Shown here piece after piece: positions 58,904 to 64,000 of a DNA stretch of 64,000 bases. Source of the stretch: a virus (taxonomy: Duplodnaviria; Caudoviricetes); the IMG/VR virus record IMGVR_UViG_3300012956_000016, positions 19,935 to 83,934 of that record; one strand, given 5' to 3'. Numbering within the stretch: the first letter of the stretch is position 1; each line of letters starts with the position of its first letter. The notes beneath the pieces were generated by a model, which was given only the letters and a program-made list of their open reading frames with translations, searched no databases and was not told where the DNA came from. The translations under genes were made by a program, and so were the position numbers.

Positions 58904-59254
58904 TTAGAATAGTTTTATTTCTTCTTGTACAACTAATATTTCTATAGACTCTACAGTATGAATACCGTTTTCACCATGAGGTACAAACTCATTAAAAATA
59001 TCAACTTGTTCTTGTGTTAAAAGTCCTTTATCTACATACATTTTTTTAGGATCTCCTAATCTTCCATACTCAGATGTTTCCCAGTTATGTCTCCAGTTAT
59101 TCCAATCTTTTGTCTCTTCTAGTTTCTTCTTACGAATCTTGAACTGTTCAATAATGGGTTTAATAGCTTCTATAACTTCATCAGTTATTTCTGACTTTTC
59201 GGTTATATAATCACCATCGTTAGTATCAGCTGTTATTATAATGTATTTTTTCAT
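58904..59254 (-). CDS. Hypothetical protein
   Basis: Start set at MKKYIII (59254); the track start lies inside a terminator. Confidence 0.7.
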   Translation of the reverse strand: MKKYIIITADTNDGDYITEKSEITDEVIEAIKPIIEQFKIRKKKLEETKDWNNWRHNWETSEYGRLGDPKKMYVDKGLLTQEQVDIFNEFVPHGENGIHTVESIEILVVQEEIKLF

Positions 59255-59322
59255 GTTTTTAAATTTATAGACACATAAGTGTTTCGGCTTAACCCTGCCA
59301 TCATCAGTATAAATACGGGTAT

Positions 59323-59355
59323 AAAAAAGCTCCCAACACACGCTGGGAGCTTTTC
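59323..59355. terminator. Bidirectional intrinsic terminator
   Basis: AAAAGCTCCCA/TGGGAGCTTTT inverted repeat. Confidence 0.75.
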
Positions 59356-59925
59356 TTAAAATTTAATGTTGAACAAACGTGCTGTTGCTAACATAAGTTC
59401 TGAACTAGATGATTGGTAAGAAACAAAGTCTCCTTTACCAAAAGCTTCTTCTAATGAATCTGATTCATCATTAAGACTGCAGTATCCCCATTCCTTTTTA
59501 GCATCGTTATGATCAAGAGTTAATTCAGAGATAGTATCTATTTTTATAGAACCATCAGTATGTAGATATGTGAGTACATAAATATCTGAACTATTAATAG
59601 AAAGGTCATCTCCTCCTATATCTTCATAACTTTCTCCTTCTTTTTTATTTACCCAGTGAATTATTTGGTTTACTTGACCCATTCCTAAGTCATAAGTACC
59701 AATACTTGAGTTTTTACTAAAAGAGAAAGAAAATCCCGGATTAGGAAATCCTATGATTCTTTCTGGAGGAACTATAAGAAGCTTATCAGCTTCAAGAATA
59801 GCATCTTTGTTATAAGTACCACTAGTAAACTCAATTACTTGATGCCCTAGAGCAAGTAATTGATCCTTTACTAATCCAAAAACAGCAGAGTTAGCTAACC
59901 CGCTTTTAGATAAGTAAATCTTCAT
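59356..59925 (-). CDS. Hypothetical protein, possibly nucleoside 2-deoxyribosyltransferase (NDT)/TIR-like flavodoxin fold
   Basis: MKIYLS...LLALGHQVI...ILEADKLLIV pattern; weak. Confidence 0.45.
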   Translation of the reverse strand: MKIYLSKSGLANSAVFGLVKDQLLALGHQVIEFTSGTYNKDAILEADKLLIVPPERIIGFPNPGFSFSFSKNSSIGTYDLGMGQVNQIIHWVNKKEGESYEDIGGDDLSINSSDIYVLTYLHTDGSIKIDTISELTLDHNDAKKEWGYCSLNDESDSLEEAFGKGDFVSYQSSSSELMLATARLFNIKF

Positions 59926-60347
59926 TAGTCGATTACTTCTCCAAACAACTCTTTGAAGTTAGCTTGGGCAATCTCTAACTCAACTTTTTTGTTTGTAATA
60001 GATACAGAAATAGCATGATACTCTTGAGTCCATTTGTCAGCCTCAAAAGACTTACCAACAGTTAAAGAATATCTGTTATCAGGAGATTGGTCAAGCATTA
60101 AATCACGCTTGTCTTCTAATAACATCAAATCTTGGCTAATCTTGTCAACCAACCCTCTTTGTGCTACTTTAGCAGATTTTACAATACGATCACCACGGTC
60201 GCCAATGATAGAATCACCACTACGTTTGATTAATGATTCAAATGTACCTTTCTTAGCTGCTGCTTTTTTAGTAGCTGCTGTAGTTGTAGATGAATCTTTT
60301 TCATCAGTTTTTTTTGAAGCTGCTTTGCTCCCAGTTCTTGTTGCCAT
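59925..60347 (-). CDS. Hypothetical protein with Lys/Ala-rich N-tail
   Basis: 140-aa ORF coupled to the next gene by TAATG. Confidence 0.75.
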   Translation of the reverse strand: MATRTGSKAASKKTDEKDSSTTTAATKKAAAKKGTFESLIKRSGDSIIGDRGDRIVKSAKVAQRGLVDKISQDLMLLEDKRDLMLDQSPDNRYSLTVGKSFEADKWTQEYHAISVSITNKKVELEIAQANFKELFGEVID

Positions 60348-60421
60348 TATTGTTTTTTTTAGTTTTATTAGTTCTTTGATTAGTTAGTAAGGTAGAACTA
60401 TTTAACCTTAATGTTTTTATT

Positions 60422-60449
60422 AAAAAAGCACCGATCCTAAGACCGGTGC
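60422..60449 (-). terminator. Intrinsic terminator
   Basis: GCACCG/CGGTGC stem followed by T6. Confidence 0.75.
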
Positions 60450-60454
60450 CGTAT

Positions 60455-60842
60455 GGGATTCCTCAACATAGACAATGTAGAAGCCTATTACAGCTCACAA
60501 GACATTTTCCGGTTCCTCTTCCTATATCCTCTTTCTGGACGTGACACTAAGACTTATACAGTCTATAGTTGAGGTGATTTTTCGTTATTCGCCACGGTAT
60601 GAAAGAAAGAATCATACCATATAATCGGAAAGCTCCTGATAGCTACAATAATGTAGTCCCTCTATCAGGCCATTGTAAAAGTAGTAGTAAGAACCTTTTT
60701 CAAGTTTACCAGAATAATCGTACCGCAAGACCTCTTGGACGGTAGGCACCGTTGGATTTGACTCTTTCGAGGGAGTTCCGCCATTCAAAGTGGTAGTTCT
60801 CTTATAAACCCTTAACCTGAAGCAGATCAGGCACTACTACTT
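60455..60842 (-). ncRNA. Candidate structured ncRNA(s), about 390 nt
   Basis: Long IRs AAGTAGTAGT/ACTACTACTT (60679/60833) and CCTCAAC(T)ATAGAC/GTCTATGTTGAGG (60461/60561), plus hairpins at 60596-60618 and 60635-60669; no ORF. Confidence 0.55.
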
Positions 60843-61850
60843 CTTATCTTCTTCCCAAGTAATACCTGGGCAGTAATCTTTTTTAACGGTCATTATATAC
60901 TTCCAGAAGAAACCAAAGAAAGTTCCTAACTTGATACAACCTGCACCAATAACATCTATAAATAACCAAGTTATAAATCGAGATATTAATGAAGGTTTTC
61001 CTGACCTAGTTGGTAAGTAACATTTAACAGTATCATACAATTTGCTCAATATAAAAGCTAATATCACTATAAATATTATAGCTCCTAGTAATATACCAAT
61101 ACCTATCATAATGTTTACAAATCTCTCGTAGTAAAAATGATCTACAGTGTAGTTATACAATGAGTAAATCATCTTCCCGAACAAGTATACAAAGTAAATT
61201 CCTATTGGTAACAATAACCATTTAGTGTACTTAACGATAAACATAAACATAGCTTCTGTACGTTTTTTCTTTGCTTCTTTTCTAGCTTCTTCTTTACGAT
61301 TTTCTTCTTGAATACGTTCAAGTAATTGAGCTCTTTCAAGCTGTATTTTATCGAATTGTGCTTTACGTTGTTTCTGTATATTTATAAGCTTTTCTTCCCA
61401 ATTAGGAGTCTTATCTTTCCATACTTGAAATTGTTGTTTAAGCTTTTTTCTATCACAATCTTTAGTTGTATAATATACATCTCTACCATAATACTCTTCT
61501 TCAAAGAATCTGTAGTTATCAGCTTCTTCCTTACTATTATAGTTCCATCCGTTAAATATTCAACCTTGTATAATTTGGTCTTCATCCATAGATAAAGCTT
61601 TCCTTATAACAACTGGTTCAATCATTGATGAATAAAGAACATCACTAAGTTTATCAACTAACATTATGAAACCTTCTCCAAGCCATTTGAAGATCTTGAT
61701 TAAAGGTACAATAGGTAAGATAAAAGTTACAAAAATGCAAAAGTTTGTCAACCAGAAATAGGGACAAAGATTAGAGAATAAAGGTGGATTACGAAACACA
61801 TACTTTTGTAGTTTTCTATGCCAACCATTGGGGTTAAGTTTTACTTCCAT
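60837..61850 (-). pseudogene. Multi-TM/coiled-coil protein gene split by a single in-frame TGA (readthrough or nonsense)
   Basis: ORF 61850-61560 ends ...QG-TGA; the same frame stays open for 103 codons into ORF 61250-60837. Confidence 0.7.
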
Positions 61851-61879
61851 GTTAAAGTTTAAAGTTTATATATTGTTTA

Positions 61880-62700
61880 ATTATTGTCCCGAAGGGAAGC
61901 AATTCTCCTAAGACACTCTTTCGAGTAGCTTCAATCTTAGGCCGTGCTACTTATTGTATCTTAACGAAGGTGAACTAAATCAGCGTAGTTAAAGATAGGT
62001 ATGTAGTCTGCATCCTTCATGATTTAACGAATCTGACCTGCAGAATCTCGCTCGTTCATTCGAATGTCTAACTGGCTTTTATAGCTAACCTGCACATGTC
62101 TTAGAGTACCTATAATCTCGCATTGAAGCATCTATGTTTTTCTATATTGTTGCATAGTAATAGCAGGCTTTCAGGTACATTTCTTCAAGTTTAAAGAAAT
62201 ATTTACGAGATCTCTCCTGGCCCCTCAATTATAGTTCGTCATTATCTTGAAAACAAATTCAATATTTGCTAATGACTATACTCATAAGTCTTTAATAAGT
62301 TGAACACCCACACCTACACATAGAGGTTCTTATACACTCAGATTTCACGATAGAATTTCTGTTTTATGTGATTTCGAATTATTCCTAGGCTTTATACATC
62401 GGAGTCTTAACACTCGCGTATGCCTACGGTATGGTTAAAAAGATGTTAAGGTTCTTTTATGTTCAATGTCTTGGAGAACCAGTACATCCTCTCTATTTCA
62501 ATATCAGGGAGTTTGAAAGAACTTACCATTGGAACGATCAAGTTCTCTACTCTTTATGTCTGTTAATCGATACCCAAAGTATATAAGATGGCTGTACCTC
62601 GTACACAAAGTCTCATATTCTACCGAAAATTCTCCAATTCTTATAAGGGTGAGAGCTTTCCACTCTCATGCCGACTGGTTACGGTTAACCCGAGGGTACC
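61880..62700 (-). ncRNA. Candidate large structured ncRNA (about 820-840 nt)
   Basis: ORF-free intergenic stretch with more than 10 hairpins, UUCG and GAAA loops and crossing helices. Confidence 0.6.
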
Positions 62701-62701
62701 C

Positions 62702-63163
62702 TTAATGTCTTCCAAAGTTATAGATATATGATGTATCTATTGTAGGACTACCTTGGTGTAAAGTTAACGATGTTGTTGTAACACCATTAATACTGTACAC
62801 GTTAGTTCCTACTAACAATGTATCTAAAGTAGCTTTCCATTGCGTAATACTTCCTAAACCATTTATAGAGTTAACAGCTTTTTTCCATGTACCGTTTTGA
62901 GGTACAACGTCGATACTGTCAAGTCTTAAGTAGTGAGAAGATATAAAAGGATAAGTAACAGATAAAGAAGCTTGTGGTACACCGTTGATGTACACAAGTT
63001 TTTCTATCAAGTTCCATTCTCCTTTAATAGCAAGCTCTTCAGAGTTTAATATACTTTGAGTTGTCACATTATTTTGTGTATTTGTGACAGGAGTTGGTGA
63101 TGTTTTTTTACTACAGCTCATTATTAATGAACACATTAGTATAAGGATTTTAAAGTTTTTCAT
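62702..63163 (-). CDS. Lipocalin-like lipoprotein
   Basis: Lipobox LIMSC; LNSEELAIKGEWNL. Confidence 0.75.
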   Translation of the reverse strand: MKNFKILILMCSLIMSCSKKTSPTPVTNTQNNVTTQSILNSEELAIKGEWNLIEKLVYINGVPQASLSVTYPFISSHYLRLDSIDVVPQNGTWKKAVNSINGLGSITQWKATLDTLLVGTNVYSINGVTTTSLTLHQGSPTIDTSYIYNFGRH

Positions 63164-63167
63164 GATA

Positions 63168-63620
63168 CTAAAGTTTATGGAAGCTATATCTTATAGCTGA
63201 TCCTGTTGTTAATGAACCTGTGTAATAAGTAAGATGTGTTGATGTAAGAGTTTCTATTGTGTAAGTTGTAATTTGTATAAATAACTTACCAGAACTAGTA
63301 ACTTCCCAATCATTATTGATATCTGTGCCAGAAGTACCATTGATGCATTTTTTATATGTTCCAGTGGTTGCTGTAGAAGTAAACTCTATATGATAAACAG
63401 TTGAATCATTAAAGTATACTGTACCACCTGCTCCAGGTATAACAGTTCCATTAGATAATAACTCTTGTTTATCATAAGACCAATTTCCTACAAGTGATAA
63501 CTCTGTTGAGTTAAGTGTTACTGCAGTACTATTAGACGTTGAACTAACAGGTGCAGGTGATGATTTTTTACAGCTTGTTAATCCAATTAGGATAGCTGCG
63601 ATGAAAATAATTGTTTTCAT
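63168..63620 (-). CDS. Lipocalin-like lipoprotein (paralog of the adjacent gene)
   Basis: Lipobox GLTSC; LNSTELSLVGNWSY. Confidence 0.75.
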   Translation of the reverse strand: MKTIIFIAAILIGLTSCKKSSPAPVSSTSNSTAVTLNSTELSLVGNWSYDKQELLSNGTVIPGAGGTVYFNDSTVYHIEFTSTATTGTYKKCINGTSGTDINNDWEVTSSGKLFIQITTYTIETLTSTHLTYYTGSLTTGSAIRYSFHKL

Positions 63621-63880
63621 AATACAAGTTTTTAAGTTTAAGATTATTAAAGATACAAAATACCCACATACTACCGATCTCGATAGTATGCAAGTATTAT
63701 AGTTTTGCCATTTTTCTGCATTGTCTTACGCGTCTTTCAGTACTAATGTATTGTGGAGGCCACTAACTTTTGGCCGAAGTTATACCTCAGACGTTACACC
63801 TTCATTACTCGATTTGTAAAACCACCTGACTATCACAGGACGGGAATGGTTACCGTAGATTGGGATTTCACCAATGTCTT

Positions 63881-63920
63881 AAAAAAGGCCCAGTGTGACA
63901 CAATGTCTATTCGGGCCTTT
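63881..63920 (-). terminator. Probable intrinsic terminator
   Basis: AAAGGCCC/GGGCCTTT stem with a T-tract on the minus strand. Confidence 0.55.
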
Positions 63921-64000
63921 AATTTTACTGATTTAGATTTATGTTTCACGACTTACTCGCGTTACCCGGGAACCTTTGGGTCGATCCATATAAACAGATA

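Noticed and set aside
23573-60387. Plus-strand short ORFs in the minus-strand block (e.g. 24982-25380, 35924-36205, 45462-45776, 56011-56298, 60034-60387)
   Set aside because: Antisense shadows of well-supported genes or RNAs
61326-61595. ORFs 61382-61585 (-) and 61326-61595 (+)
   Set aside because: The third minus frame is open across this interval and joins the flanking ORFs in frame; these two are shadows
61880-62700. Group I intron interpretation (R-like GCAGACTAC at 62011-62003)
   Set aside because: The flanking genes are complete with their own stop and start, and no convincing downstream AAGAUAUAGUC/P7 partner was found; not called, but should be tested with Rfam intron models
1-64000. 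Genome-wide stop-codon reassignment (code 4 or 15) as in some crAss-like phages
   Set aside because: Genes up to 10 kb are intact in code 11, TGA and TAG serve as real stops at gene overlaps, and no suppressor tRNA (CTA/TCA) was found; only one in-frame TGA was seen
1-64000. CRISPR array, integrase or transposase
   Set aside because: No regularly spaced repeats and no recombinase or transposase motifs seen; the Cas4-like protein is a typical phage exonuclease

Overview
A 64-kb segment of an AT-rich Bacteroidota phage, most likely crAss-like (Crassvirales or a close relative), read in standard code 11. Bases 1-22165 (+) hold the virion-cargo block: three very large proteins, including a 3362-aa virion RNA polymerase with the DFDID catalytic motif, followed by a glycosyltransferase-like gene. 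From 22187 onward almost all genes are on the minus strand. They cover replication and recombination (PolB, primase, DnaB, SF2 helicase, Sak4-like ATPase, Cas4-like exonuclease, RuvC, NinB-like), uracil avoidance (UDG, MazG-like dUTPase), two separate MoxR-AAA/VWA modules, ClpS, lipoproteins and many hypotheticals. A small plus-strand holin/spanin-like island and one lone plus-strand gene interrupt this block. The most unusual part is 56.1-64 kb, an RNA-rich region. It holds a complete tmRNA with a 40-codon tag and a host-type promoter, tRNA-Pro, an fMet-like tRNA, a tRNA-like gene with an 8-nt anticodon loop, a cyclic-phosphate-processing receiver gene, and several highly structured non-coding stretches (one about 840 nt) that share sequence blocks. 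One membrane-protein gene is split by a single in-frame TGA. All family assignments come from reading motifs by eye; no database searches were run.
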